The notes beneath the pieces are model-generated. The model was not told where the DNA came from. It did no database searches and saw only the letters and a program-made list of their open reading frames with translations. This document shows positions 11,896 to 39,794 of a DNA stretch of 64,000 nucleotides, piece by piece (position 1 is the stretch's first letter; each line of letters starts with the position of its first letter). Source of the DNA: the human T2T-CHM13v2.0 reference genome, Homo sapiens. The DNA lies in NCBI RefSeq assembly GCF_009914755.1, contig NC_060931.1, one strand, 5' to 3'. The position numbers and the translations under genes were made by a program.

Positions 11896-13329
11896 TGAAC
11901 CTGAGCCTGGCTGAACCTCAGCATGGTTCATCAGGGCTCAGAGGAGGACTTGGTTGGTGTCCTTAGCTTGAGCTGAGTATTGAAAGGTGACTGGTGTTTG
12001 CAGTTGGACCAAGTGGGGGAATAACATTCCAATTCGAGGCAGTAAAGAAGCCAGAGGAGAGCCGGGGGTGTTAGCCACTCTGGGATGTCGAGCACTATAT
12101 GGAGTTGGGTGAGGCCAGGTCTTGGGTGGTAAAAGGCAGGGGAAGGTGCCATGAGAGATGGACCTGGACAGAGAAGTAGGGGCCAAATCATGACCCACCT
12201 GGATGCCATTCTAAGGAGTGCAGACTTCACCATGCAGGTAATGGATTGGAGAGGAAGGATGGGTCAAGGAGCACACTCGAGGCACCTCTGTTTGTGCTCA
12301 GGTGACTGGACCTGAGGGCATGCGCCTTGGGAGTGGCATTGGGGGACAGGGACTGATCTGAGGGCGGTGAGGCTGCAAACTTGATGGCATTGGGCCATTG
12401 CTGTGCACGGAGGGGAAGAGAGAAGGCATGATCTGGGGACTCAAAGGTGACTGAGTGCGTGGGGATGGTGAAGGGAAATTCCATTTAGGCACAGAGCTTC
12501 AGGGTCTCTGGGCTCCCACCGGGCCACATCCAGGTGTCATTGGATATATCACTCTGGAGACTGGCATTGAGGTCTGACCTGGGGATCAAGGTGCTGTCAG
12601 AGGAGGCGCCGGCTGAGGGCTTGGTGGCTGTCAAGGGGACACACACGCTCACTTCGGTCAGGAGAAAGGACATCAGCTCCTGGGGGCACAGGAGACCCAG
12701 CCAAGACAGGACAGCGAGAGGCAGCAGGGGTGCCAGGAGAGTGAAGGGCAGGTGCCGGGGGAAGAGCCATCACGGAGAGACAGGTCAGCAGCGGCACCAG
12801 CCCTGGATGCCCACAGAGGTTGATGATAAACCTGGAAGTGGTCCTTTGGGTCTGGTGAGTGGTGGTTGGGGAGAGTAGCAGTGGCAGTGTCGATGCGGTG
12901 GGTGGAGAGCTGCCGCGAGATGAAGGGGTAGCCCTGTGTGGAAGCGCCCACAGCACGCTGGCCCTAATGGAAAGAGAGGGCTGGGGGCTGGCCTGGAGAA
13001 GCCAGACCCCAGGGAGACGGGGAAGGGACTCATGGGCTGGTGTGAGGCAGGCGGGTGGCAAGGGCGAGAGTAGCAGAGAAGCAGTGCAGCCCAAAGCCCA
13101 CCAGGGCACCTGCCGTCTGCAGCCTCCAGGAGTTCACACAGAGATCTGGGATTGCTGGGGCAGGCTGTAGCCCACGGATGTCGCCTCCTGAGTTTCTGGG
13201 CAAGTTCTGCGGGGCAAGCTGGTGGGGAAGGTGGGGTGGATCTCATGACTTGCTAGCTCCTTGGCATTGCAGATGTCACTGTGCCTGTACCCAGACTAGC
13301 CCTCATCCTTTCTGTCCATTTCTCTGTAG

Positions 13330-13458
13330 ATTGACCTGCGTTACGAAGCTCAGAATCTAGAACACTTCCAGGTCAACTTCCGGAATGTGAAAGCCGTCAA
13401 GTTCCCCACCCCTCTGCGCCCCTTTGTCACCAGAGAAGTCTTGGTGGAAACGTATGAA
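13330..13458 (+). CDS. ADCK2: ADCK2 exon 3 (43 codons)
   Basis: tctctgtag|ATTGACCTG (IDLRYEAQNLEHF...VLVETYE)|gtaaga. Confidence 0.95.
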
Positions 13459-13834
13459 GTAAGAGTGATGGCTTTGCCTGGCCATACCTTTCACTTGCCA
13501 CTCGCAGTGGGCCCGTCTCCAGCCCACAGAAAGGCTTCAGTCTGGAGAGAGGATGGGATTTGTGTCTGTAAAACTGTGAGGAGCTGGGATGTGTTGGCCT
13601 CGGCGGGAGGCAGTGTTGGAGTGAGGTAGCTGAGAACACTGGGTGTGGCCCGATCCCCTAGATTTGAAAATCTGCTCTGCCATTTTATTAGTTGGTGACC
13701 TGCCTTAGAGGATTGTCTCAGGAGTAAATGACACACTGAATGCAAAACAAGGAGTTGGGCACAGAGAAAGTGCTGAACAACCTTGTGTCATCTCACTTGC
13801 CCTAGCTATCCTCTACTCTAGTTCAGCCTTCTCT

Positions 13835-17482
<3,648 letters not shown>

Positions 17483-17844
17483 TAAAGAGACATAGGAGGT
17501 TTTTATGCTGAGGAATGCCCTAATGTCACAACCTCATGTCCACTGTGTGGAGTTGGAGTGGGAGGGTGAGACGAGAGGCAGGGGAGTCAGAAGGTGGATT
17601 TTGATTCTTGGACATTTAAACATGTTCAAGTTCTCCAGCTCTCACCACATGCCTGGGTCCTCCCTACCATGATTCTTTTCCTCTGAGACCCGGGTATTCT
17701 TCCTCCTAAGAACCTGGGTTTCCATCTCCTAAGAATTCTTGGTTGGTTTTGTCTTTCCTGTGTCTACCAGCGAGGATTCTGAAGGCCCCCCAGCTGAAGA
17801 GGGGCCTGGCCGCATCAGGAGGGCATTCTTTGTTTCACAAAGGC

Positions 17845-18040
17845 CAGAGCCGTGGTTTACAACAGGGTGGTTTTGTCTACCAGGGGACATCTGGCGATGT
17901 CTGGAGACATTCTTGGTTGTTATAGTTGGGGGTTGGGGGTGCTACTGGCAGCTGTTGGGAAGAGGCCAGGAGCTTACCACCCCAGAGTGCAGGGACAGCC
18001 GTCCCCACCCCCAGCAATAGACTGAGAAACCCTGGGCTGG
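17845..18040. mobile_element. MER20-like hAT DNA transposon remnant
   Basis: ccaggggacatctggcgatgtctggagacattcttggttgt...ggtgctactggca...gaggccagg...tgagaaaccctg. Confidence 0.7.
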
Positions 18041-19428
18041 AGGGATGGAGAAACTTACAGGCACAGGGACAGGATTTGATGGTGCTTCCATGGGAAACCT
18101 TCTATTTCCTTGTGAACTAAGGGGCCATTGTTCTCTGCTGGGAGTAGGATGCAGAGGGCCATGGGAGAGGAGGTTTAAAGAGAACACAGAGGTTTGAAAT
18201 TGCTGCCCTGGGACTAGAAAGAGCTACTTGGAAAATGTGGATGGTTGTCAGGAGGGGCAAGCCATGTTGGTGTTGGAGAGGCAGAGGGGTATTTTGCCTA
18301 TCTGCAGTGTAGCCTGGGGGTTAGGAGCCCAGAGCAGGATTTGTTTTGAGTTCAAATCTCAGCTTCCAGTTTACTAGCTCAGGGCAGAGAGGAGTGTCTG
18401 GGGCAAGTTACTTAACCTTTGTCGTCAGGCTTCTTATCTTTCAAAAGAGGATAAGAAGTGCCTTCCTCATAGGGTCACCATGATGGTTAAAGGAGTGGAA
18501 ATTCCTAAGGAGCTGCAGTGAGTCCTAAGCCACGCTAGTTATGGCTGCCTTCGTTGGCAGTAATCGTGACCCAGCATTGTTAGCAGCCCCCATGCAGGAG
18601 ATCTTAGATTGTCGGGGGTCTGGACTTTCTGGTGGTTGGGACAGAGGACAGTGGTTGAAGGGATGGATGACAGGAATGGGCGATGGGGTCGAGGCGGATA
18701 GGGAAGAAGAATACCCAGGTCTCAGAGGCGAAGAATCATGGTAGGGAGGACCCAGGCATGTGGTGAGAGCCGGAGAATGAATCGAGGAGTCAGAGATCGA
18801 GCTGTTGGTGGAGGCACGTCTGGAGTCCCCGCAGCAGGGGCGCTCAGAGCAGGTGGAGTCCTGCAGGCTGACAGCACGCACGCACATGCGGAAGGCTGAG
18901 AGCCGTTGTGGGGGTGGGCTCAGGTGACACCACTCCAACCCTAATTCCACTCCACCCCAGGGCCTGTGGGATGGGGAGTCAGCAGCTCCCACCCCTCTGG
19001 CTCCTGGAGAAGCAGGATTGTTGAGGCACACCTAGGTTTCAATTCAGTAGTTGCAGTCAGAACCCGGTGGCAAGAGGACTTTGTCCACAGGAACAGGGCT
19101 CCAAGGGGCACAAGAGGGATGTAGCCAGGGGAGAAGCACCATGAAGCAGCACCAGGAGTGGAGCGAGGATGAGGGGCCTCCAGTTTTGGGGTCAGGATCG
19201 GGGCATGAGACCCTGGGCAGAGCTGAGGGCAAGGTTCCAGAAGATTCAGAAACTTAAAAAAAAAAACAACTGAATTATAGCAACATTCAATAAAGTGCAT
19301 AGATCTTAAATTATGCTCAGTGAATTTTTAAAAGTATACTAGGCCAGGCATGGTGGCTCACTCCTGTAATCCCAGCACTTTGGGAGGCTGAGGCCGGCCG
19401 ATCACTTGAGGTCAGGAGTCTGAGACTA

Positions 19429-19765
<337 letters not shown>

Positions 19766-20390
19766 TCACACCGGTAGCAGCTTCCCTTATCCCTACCAAA
19801 GCCACAGTCTGGACTAGGACAGTCCCTTCATGGTCTGCCGCCATAAGGGATGGGGTCTATGGCCTGGATTTACAGGGAAGAGGGGATCTACAGTGCTTGG
19901 GGCCCCATGTCAGCTGGAAGCAGTCCCTGAGAGCCCGTCCACCAGCAGCTGCTCTGCTCCTGCCTTGGTCTCTCCTCTCATCCCCCGTGGAAGGATTGCT
20001 GGGGTTTCCCTGACCTCCGAGATGACCGGTTATTGGAAGCTGATTCCTGTTCCACAAGCCGTGCCAAATCCAACACAATCCCTGGGGGTTGCTGCCCAGC
20101 TTAGCAGGTTCAAAGCCGTGTCCTTCCTGCTCCTCTAATTCTGCATACCAGTATGTCCTGAGAACTGTGTCCTCCTCCACAGAAGGGCTCTGTGTGCATG
20201 TGGCTGCTAGTGGCACTTGCTCTCACACCTCACTGATGTGGACAGGTTGAAGTAACGGAGGGAAAGTCTGATTTATGAGCTGTTTTTAAAGAAATGCAGT
20301 TCTATGAGTTTAAAGAACATAGAGGTTTGGGGAAAATCTTTAATAAATAGCTAATTATTTTAGTTAGAATATTAATGATTCAAATCATAA

Positions 20391-20692
<302 letters not shown>

Positions 20693-21164
20693 TGATCCGC
20701 CCACCTCAGCCTCCCAAAGTGTTGGATTATAGGCGTGAGCCACCACACCCGGCCTTATTTATTTATTTTTACAAGACAGGGTCCTGCTGTGTCACCCAGG
20801 CTGGAGGGCAGTGGCATGATCATAGCTCTGTGTAACCTTGAACTCCTGGGCTCAAGTGACCCTCCTTCGTTGGCCTCCCAAAGTGCTGGGATTATAGGTG
20901 TAAAGCCACTGAGACCGGCCCCTTTATAATCTTTTAAAAATGCTTTTTACTTTGAAAATAATTTTTCTCTTGAAAACTTTAACTTAGCTCATCCTTGTAC
21001 AAATTCTGAGTTGACATCTAAACAAGAAGGGTCTATAGGACATGCACCTCTTTGCGGCTGTGATAGAGTGCTGGGAGCTTATTGTCACCTGGCAACTTTC
21101 TTTCTCTGTAGGTTGGTGGTGCTCTAGGGGCGACTCACTCATGAGCATTGTGATCTCCTTCCAG

Positions 21165-21939
<775 letters not shown>

Positions 21940-23140
21940 CTACTTGGGAGGCTGAGGTGGGAGAATCACTTGAGCTCAGGAGTTTGGGGCTGTGGTGAGC
22001 TAGGATTGCACTGCTCTACTGCAGCCTGGGTGACAGAGTGAGATCTTAGTTTTTTTTTTTTTTTTTTAAAGTTTCAAAAAATTAATGGAGATGGGTTTTG
22101 CTATATTGCGCAGGCTGCCTTGGCCTCAAGCCATCCTCCCATCTCAGCCTCCTGAGTAGCTAGGACTACAGGCTGGGCAGGGGGTGAATCTTTTATACTC
22201 TGGGGAATGCCTCTGTCTCTGTCTTTTTTTTTTTTTTGAGACAGAGTCTCGCTCTGTCACCCAGGCTGGAGTGCCTTGGCGTGATCTCAGCTCACTGCAA
22301 CATTCACCTCCTGGATTCAAGCAATTCTCCTGCCACGCCTCCTGAGTAGCAGGGATTACAGGCACATGCCACCATGCCCGGCCACTTTTTGTATTTTTAG
22401 TAGAGATGGGGTTTCACCATGTTGGCCAGGCTGATCTTGAACTTCTGACCTCAGGTGATCCACCTGCCTCAGCCTCCCAAGGTGCTGGGATTACAGGTGT
22501 GAGCCACTGCACCCAGCCAGAATGTCTCTGTCTTGAAACAGGACAGGTCTCCTTAGCCCGGTCATTCTTGTCAATGCTCACACTTGCCAGTGTGCCAGAA
22601 ACGAGTGGAGGGAGGCAGGAGGACAGGAGGCGAGGCTGCCCTTAAGGGGCTTTCTGTTAGCAGGTGCTGGGTGCAAATCAGGCCAGTTCTGAGTGGCAGA
22701 TGGTTTGGGACTGTGGGAAGAAACAAGTGCTGTTTCGTGTTAGTAGTTTCTGGTCCTTCTCCAGCAAACATCCAGCTGGTCAGCAGGAATGCTGGCTTCT
22801 TGACCAGATAATGGCTGCCCCTGGTGTGTGCTACCTGCTGCAAGGTGGCAGGCTGGTGAGATGCGACAGCATAGAGAACACAGCCTCTAAGTGGGGCACA
22901 GCATGCTGGCACGTCCGATGTGGGGACATGAGTAGTTTTTGCAGCCTCCCCTGTGATTCTGAGGGTCTGCAGTGGTTGAGAATGATTATTTAGAGAAAAG
23001 GCATTCGGCAAGGCCTCTGCAGAGTCAATTGAAAGCACTACGTCGTGGGTGACTCTGAGGAGGCCCTCTGGCCGGCTGGCAAAGAATTCTCCAGCAAGAA
23101 AAACACTGGGAAAAAGAGAACTGTTTTTTTTAAAAATTAA

Positions 23141-23401
<261 letters not shown>

Positions 23402-23771
23402 TAAAATGCTGGGATTACATGTGTGAGCCACTGCATCTGGCTCTTTTTAAAAAAAAATTTTTTTTTTTTAAACAGCAAAATGCAGGGCAGTCCCTGCCTC
23501 TGAGAGGGCAAACCCAAAGCTGGGGCCTGCAGCTGGTTTGAAAGTGTCCCCTGGGCCAAGGTTAAGCACTGAGGCGCAGTGCAGCGGGGGTGGGGGCATT
23601 CCTCCCTATAGGTATGGGCAAAGGGAAAAGGTCACAGCCCGAGGAGGAAGAGCCAAAAGCAAGATGCCAGAAAAGTCAGGGTGGAGCTGCTGAGATGAGA
23701 AAGACGCTTGGGCACCGCATCCAGGTTTATGCTAGCTCCACTCCAAGTCCCTTTTCCGTTGCATTTTCCAG

Positions 23772-23900
23772 GGCCAGAGAGTGGCTGAGCTGATCCTGCA
23801 TCATGCCCGGGCCAGCGAGTGCAGGGACGTGGAGGGGTTCAAAACCGAGATGGCCATGCTGGTGACCCAGGCCAGGAAGAACACCATCACCCTGGAGAAG
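23772..23900 (+). CDS. ADCK2: ADCK2 exon 6 (43 codons)
   Basis: ttttccag|GGCCAGAGA (GQRVAELILHH...TITLEK)|gtgggc. Confidence 0.93.
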
Positions 23901-24198
23901 GTGGGCAGGTCACTTGCGGAACAGGGGCTGGGGAGTCCATACCTGGCCTGGGGCAGAGCAGATCCTGGGTCTAAGGGAGACCTCTTTATGAGGGGTGTGA
24001 GTTTTAAAGCAGAAAAAGAACCACCCCACATCTTCCAGGCATGAGGAGCCCCAGTGAAGTCCGTTGTGCTCAAGGGGGCCTCCTTGTGCGGTGCCACTTA
24101 GGAGGCTGCAGCTCCTTCCTCATCCAGGGGTCGCTGTTCATTTGGGGACAGCCAAGCATACAGGGAGGGAGGACTGTGGTCTCCAAGCAGCCAAATGA

Positions 24199-24729
<531 letters not shown>

Positions 24730-24934
24730 TGACCGAGTCTTGAGGTGGAGTTGGGCTTGTGCTGGAGGAGTCCTTTCAGAGTTTGTCAGATGGTCCCTTT
24801 TGTGCTGACTGGTGTATGTGTGCCCTGGCGGGGGAGTGGGGTGGGATGCTGGGGCTGAGAGTGTGGGGGTGGTGGGAAATGAGCGGTTCTGGAAGGCTCG
24901 GTGGTCTGCATTAGCCTTTATTTTGTTTTTCCAG

Positions 24935-24988
24935 CTTCATGTGTCCAGCCTTCTCTCTAGTGTCTTTAAGTTGCTGATGACTCACAAG
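24935..24988 (+). CDS. ADCK2: ADCK2 exon 7 (18 codons)
   Basis: tttttccag|CTTCATGTG ([18 protein letters not shown])|gtgagg. Confidence 0.93.
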
Positions 24989-25227
24989 GTGAGGGCCATT
25001 CAGAGGGGAGGTCTCTGGGGAAGGTGGGACGGGGCAGGGAGGAATGGGAGGACACAGGGTGGTGGGAGGCGCTTCTATTATATGGTTCTTGTTTTTTGTT
25101 GTTGTTTTTCTTTTTTTTGAGACAGAGTCTCACTCTGTCGCCCAGGGTGGAGTGCAGTGGCGCGATCTCGGCTGACTGCAGCCTCTGCTTCCTGGCTTCC
25201 AGTGATTCTCTTGCCTCAGTCTCCTGA

Positions 25228-25455
<228 letters not shown>

Positions 25456-26229
25456 TAGCTGTTAGTCTATCTGTCAAGTCAGTGCAGTCTAAGTATCTGT
25501 GACATTTAAATGTAGAAAAGTGTATTTAAAAATGTAGAAACAGCCTACCTCTGGCTTTTCATGTCTTTCCCTCCTTGGTTCACTTTCATGATGCTTGTGT
25601 TAATGTAAGTCATGCTTAGCTCTTTCCTGGTGGAATGAAGTCCTGGGGTCCAGAGGCCGCTCTAGAGGGTCATGCCTTGTGTCCTGGTGCTTTCAGAGGC
25701 CCTAGCGGGACTGCTGTGGCCCCTGCCTGGCTGCTGTAGTCCATTAGAGGGAGCTGGCCTCATGGTTCATCTTAGCCTGTGCCCCGGCTCTGTCGCCTTG
25801 TCATGGAGCCTAGTCTCCGGCACTCTTTAAACTAAGGCTGCTGGCCAGGGACAAGCAGTGTTGAAGGTGGAGAAGGGAGGACCTCGTTGGAAGATGGCCT
25901 TTTCCATTGCATTACTTAACTATATGACATCTATTAGTAACCAATTTATCCCCTCAGTCTTCCAAGAGGCAGGCACCAAAGCCGAGAGGCCGAGCAGCTC
26001 ACCTGTGGCCATGTGGGCCAAGCCCCCGCCTGCTGCTGGGTCCTCCCGCCTCCGTGGCTCACTCTGAGCATCTGCTCCCCACACAGTTTCCAGCACGGTG
26101 GGTGAGGGGCCTTGAGTGTTTGCTGCTGCTGCTGCTGTTCCCAGGATGGAAGAGGAGACAGAGGGCCTAGGGCAGCTACTGCACTCCAAGCACTTCACTA
26201 GGCACTTAAGTTTGAAAACATTTACAAAT

Positions 26230-27330
<1,101 letters not shown>

Positions 27331-27862
27331 CACTTAATTTTTTTAAATAAAGTATTTGACAGTAACACAGAGATAAAGGAATCTAATCCACACTAAGAAC
27401 CCCCCACCCAGCTTCAGAATGAAAGCATTCCCAGAGGTGTTAGAGCCCTGGGTTCCCACCCGGACCAGAGCCTGTGTGGCCAATCTGCCAGGCTGGAACT
27501 CCACAAGCTGCTCCTGGGAGCATGCTGCTGCTTCTGGATCCACCTGACCCCGACAACCTTCCAGCCCTTAACGGAGACAAATACTCTTTAATTTCTAACA
27601 AAGAATATTTCCCATGATTCAACCTTCCATTTCTTGACCTTCTGTCCACTTAAAAAGCAGATTCCTGTTCTTCTAGGTTTACATCTGGCTCTATTCCTCC
27701 TCACTCAGTGGCCTTGAGCAAGTCATTGAACCTCTCTGAGCCACAGCTTCTTTCTCTATAGAATGGGGATAACGATGATACTTTTGAAGAATAGTTGAAG
27801 AATCCATGTCAATTGCTATTACTACTAATCTGGCTCTGAAGGGACAGCTGTACCCTGTTTGA

Positions 27863-28490
<628 letters not shown>

Positions 28491-28838
28491 AAGGTTACTG
28501 TAGGTTTCGAAGAATTACCTGTATTTAAATGTATAGTTTCTGGGATGTGTGTGAAAGATTTATTTGGTCATTCATTCATACACACATGGACACAAACCTA
28601 GAAAAGTATATTCCGCACCCCTAGATTTTTCCTTAGTGTGTCCAGTAGATGGGAGGCTGGGCGAGTAGGTGAGATGGTTGGGGAGATGACGCGGTAGAGA
28701 AGAGAATGTCAGGTAGATGGTAAACATCCCGTGGGCAGGTCTGAGGGAGGCTGAGAGTGGACAGCAAGGTGATTATCCAGAACACACGTCCCTGTATCAG
28801 CATGTTCTGAGATGAACTGTTCTGTTTTTCTGTTCCAG

Positions 28839-28979
28839 GTAAAGCTTGAGAGCAACTTTGCCTCCATTGTGTTTGCCATCATGGTGTTGGAGGGGCTTGG
28901 CCGCTCACTGGACCCCAAACTGGACATCCTGGAGGCAGCGAGGCCCTTCCTCCTCACGGGCCCAGTGTGCCCCCCGTGA
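28839..28979 (+). CDS. ADCK2: ADCK2 exon 8 coding part (46 codons + TGA); spliced total 626 aa
   Basis: tgttccag|GTAAAGCTT (VKLESNFASIVFAIMVLEGLGRSLDPKLDILEAARPFLLTGPVCPP*). Exon codons sum to 311+49+43+32+84+43+18+46=626. Confidence 0.95.
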   Translation, partial: VKLESNFASIVFAIMVLEGLGRSLDPKLDILEAARPFLLTGPVCPP

Positions 28980-29265
28980 TGGGGCAGTGGCCTCTGTGGG
29001 CCCTTGTCAAGAGCTGGAGGCCACTCCCAAGAGCCTCTCCTATGGCAGCTGGGACGTTTTAAAATTGGGACACCAATTTCAAATGTAACCCTCCAGTGGT
29101 GGAAGGCACACCATGGCTTCCTCTGCTTGGTTTGAGGGTCTGTTCAAAAGCTTTGGGCCAATTAGGGAGTAAAAGGAGGGAAGGGGCCTATCCATTCCAT
29201 TGTGGAAGCTGGGCCAGGTGCCAGGGACACTCTCCTTCAGGGAAAATGTTATGTGGAGGAGGACG

Positions 29266-29271
29266 AATAAA
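29266..29271 (+). terminator. ADCK2: ADCK2 polyadenylation signal AATAAA
   Basis: First AATAAA after the stop, ~290 nt downstream, followed by a T-rich tract. Confidence 0.8.
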
Positions 29272-29405
29272 TTTATTTTGTTTTCCTGTTTTTCTCATTT
29301 CTTGACCCGCTATACTCCCTGGTCAGATGGGTACTGCTGGTAGTTCCCAGACTTTGATATTCAGGTTAGAAAATGCCATCAAGTCCTACTGATCTGTGGC
29401 ATGTG

Positions 29406-29430
29406 CACACACACACACACACACACACAC
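29406..29430. repeat. (CA)n microsatellite
   Basis: About 12 CA units. Confidence 0.9.
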
Positions 29431-29529
29431 TCTTTATGTATAAATATCATGCAGGTGCTACCTGCCAGCATAATATACACTTAGGGCAAATTTCATTGTA
29501 CTTCAAATTATCTTCTTGGTAATTTTTAA

Positions 29530-31260
<1,731 letters not shown>

Positions 31261-32029
31261 GCCGCCTGCCCTCGGGAGACGCACGCGTGAATGCGGAGCG
31301 GGCTGAGCCAGTCGGCGCCGGCGCGGGCGGTCCAGGCGGAGGAAGCAGCGTGCGCGGCGGGTGTGGACGCTCCTGGAGCGAGGCGGGGGGCGGCGGCGGT
31401 GAGGCCTAGGGAGGGCGCGGTCCAGGGTCCCGGTGCCTGGCTGCGGAATTTAGGGTAGAGTCTGTTCGGCAGCCTTTAATCGGAGACGTCACGTGGCCGC
31501 TTTTTAATGCTGAAAAATCACTCTGGCTGCAGGGAGTGGAGGCTGTCGCCCAGAGAGAGCGCCGTCGGGTGAGAGGAGCAGAAAGCCGGAAGCCAACGCT
31601 GGGGCAGCCGTGGCGTTTAGGAGAGTGACAGGCAGAGCCGCCCGCGAGGTGGCCCGAGACGCAGACCGGAGGGCGGAGGGCTGGGGGTGCGAGGTAGGGA
31701 GCGGGTGCGAGGTAGGGAGCAGCTGCCGAAGCCGAGTTAGTGGTGTGCAGAGATTCCGTAAGAGCAGGACTGGAAAAGAGTCATGGATGATTCCAGGTCC
31801 CTTAGATCATCAGCTACACTTTACCAAGAGGCAGTGTGGGGTCGTGATTCCAAGCGGGATTCTGGCCGCACAGTGGCTGGGTTCAAATCCCACCTCTGCC
31901 ACACTCCAGCTGTGGGACCTTGGAAAAGTTTCTTATTCTCTTAATGCCTCAGTTTCCTCACCCATTTGGCGTCCATTTGCAAGGAACTAAATGAGTTACT
32001 GTTATCTAAAGCGTGTTTGTGTGTTTTAG

Positions 32030-36153
<4,124 letters not shown>

Positions 36154-37010
36154 TCAAGAACCACTGCCCTGTTACTGTTCACGAATCTGTGCATTATGAA
36201 GACAAGATATTTTAATGCACTTTTCCTACAGGTACGAATTTCTGTGCTACATAAAAGAGAATATGGTTTACAAGCTGATTCTTATCTAGATGAAATTGGT
36301 AAACATATTTTATATAGGAATTCTCTTAAAAATTTTTTATCCACTTCTGTTTATTAGCATATATATGGCTGATGAATAGGTTTTAGGAATAGCCCCAGTA
36401 GGTGCAAATAATTTAAATTAGATGCAACGTATAATATTTATACTCCAACTGAATAAATTGACTATAACTCTTATGGACTCTGTGCCACAACTTGTCAAGT
36501 GTCTGAATGAAAAGAAGAAAAAAGAAACACGTATTCAAACTTACTGTTTAAAGTTCTTTGTTCAGAGCCATTAGCATATTTAATAGGATTTGCGAGTCCT
36601 CTCTCCCATATGGTTGTCTTTTAATAAAGATTGTAATAGGCAGAGGACATAATTTGCCTCAAATAGATAGCTAAACAAAGCAAAATTAATTTATTTTTCT
36701 GAGTAAGTTAGTGACCTGCTAACAAGTTCACAGTCCCTTAACTAAAACCTTTGGGGCTAGCACCCCAGAATCAACACATTCAAATTTCTAGTGCAAAATA
36801 ATGAATCTTCACTAATTGAAAACCAAAATTAGCCTCTTGTCAGTTTTGGTCAGTTTTTGCTGCTACACATGAAGCAAGCTTAGTAAAAAGTGAGTATTTC
36901 AAGGGATTGTGAACTTCTGTCTATATTTCAGTGGAGATGAGAAACATTAGCGTTGGTTCTAGGATGTAACTCAGAGGAGTTTTGGATGACTTAACGCTTT
37001 GAGAATGTAG

Positions 37011-37418
<408 letters not shown>

Positions 37419-37893
37419 TAGGTTGCCATCTTAGGGAGACTAAAAGCTCATTTTTTTTTTTTTTTTTTTTGAGACACAGTTTCACTCTGTCACCAGGCAG
37501 GAGTGCAGTGGCACAATCTCGGCTCGCTGCAACCTCTGCATCCCGGGTTCAAGTGACTCTGGTGCCTCAGTCCCTTGAGTAGCTGGGACTACAGGTGTGC
37601 ACCCCCACGCCGGCTAATTTTTTTTGTTGTTAGTAGAGACGGGGTTTCACCATGTTGGTCAGGCTGCTCTCAAACTCCTGACCTCAAGTGATCCACCTGA
37701 CTCAGCCTCCCAGAGTGCTGGGATCACAGGCGTGAGCCACCGCGCCTGGCCAGAAATGAATTCTTTTACCTTCTGAACTAGCGGTTCATTGGTAGGTTAG
37801 GTTTCACACTTAAATTCCTTTAAATGATGAATGTCTTCTGGTCTGTCCAGAGGCCCAGGGCAGCCAGGTTTGGGTGGGATGGATGTGAGTTAA

Positions 37894-38137
<244 letters not shown>

Positions 38138-39036
38138 TAGCCAGGATGGTCTCGATCTCCTGACCTCATGATCCACCTGCCTTGGCCTCCCAAAGTGCTG
38201 GGATTACAGGCGTGAGCCACTGCGCCCGGCCAGTTTTAGTGATTTTCTAACATATCATTAGCCTCAACTGAGGTTTTACCACATTTGCAGACCGTTCTTT
38301 GGGAAATTACGTCTTTAAGACATTGAAATCTGTGCTTGTTTATCCAGGATACTTTGAGTTGTAGTAAATTTGGGTTTGTTTCCAGGATAGGAAAAAAATC
38401 TTAAGCAGTATGTAAGTTTTAGAAGCATCAGGTTGCTTCATATCCCATTTCTCTTAGAACTTCTCTGTGCCGTTGTCCTTCAGTAAGGAGCTGCCTGGGT
38501 GTCTGTGAACTGTCCACACATTTACTATTTGAGGTGCCCCTGCCTCACTGTAGGTCAGCTGTCCGGAGTATGTACAGTATGTATAGCTGTTAGGCCTGAG
38601 ATGATGATGATGCAGCCAGATAAGCCCTTAGATCAGGATTGGAGATGAGGAAGTCCACCTGAGGCTTCTCCATTTCACAGCAGTAATGTTAGGAGAGTTG
38701 GAAACATATTTTGCCAGGACTTTGCCAGGATGTCAGGAACCTTTGAAACCTATTGCCTCCACTTCCCCCTACCCTCCCTCTATCACAGACACGTACCATT
38801 GGCTTAGGCTGGTACCTCCAAATGGGGAGGCTTTTAAAATTCAGACCAGAGCCCATATAATGAACAAACTAAAGAACAGGTGGGCCATCGAATAATTAAA
38901 GTAGAATTTGTTCCTGTGGTCAGGGGCTGAGCCATATTGTTTTTTTTTTTTTCTTTCCAAGATTTATTTAACAATTTAATTAGTTGCACAGAATGTAAAT
39001 TCTTGACTTTTCTTTCTTTTAAATGGTTGTCACCAG

Positions 39037-39111
39037 GGTCACTTTCCGTATCCTGATCCTTCCCAGTGGACAGATGAAGAATTAGGTATCCCTCCTGATG
39101 ATGAAGACTGA
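39037..39111 (+). CDS. NDUFB2: NDUFB2 exon 3 coding part (exon runs to 39140); total 105 aa
   Basis: caccag|GGT CAC TTT: GHFPYPDPSQWTDEELGIPPDDED*. Donor ctgtacaa|gtgggt at 39140/39141. Confidence 0.95.
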   Translation, partial: GHFPYPDPSQWTDEELGIPPDDED

Positions 39112-39256
39112 AGGTGTAGACTCAGCCTCACTCTGTACAAGTGGGTGTGCTCCAAATTTCTTTATGTCATATTTACCTTTTTTCATAAACATTAGTTTTT
39201 ACTTTGTGCCTATGATGGACTTGAAAAAACTGCATATTCTAACAGCATGAAGTTGA

Positions 39257-39400
<144 letters not shown>

Positions 39401-39560
39401 TGAGTAGCTGGGATTATAGGCACATGCTACCACACTTGGCTAATTTTTGTATTTTTAGTAGAGGCAGAGTTTTGCCACGTTGGCCAGGCTGGTCTCGAAC
39501 TTCTGACCTCAAGTGATCTGCCCACCTCAGACTCCCAAAGTGCTAGGATTACAGGTGTGA

Positions 39561-39794
<234 letters not shown>

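Noticed and set aside
31685-31720. 18-bp tandem duplication gggtgcgaggtagggagc x2
   Set aside because: Ordinary short slippage duplication with no further structure.
36961-36985. ggatgtaactcagaggag resembles a tRNA 5' half or A-box
   Set aside because: No B-box, anticodon stem or acceptor pairing follows.
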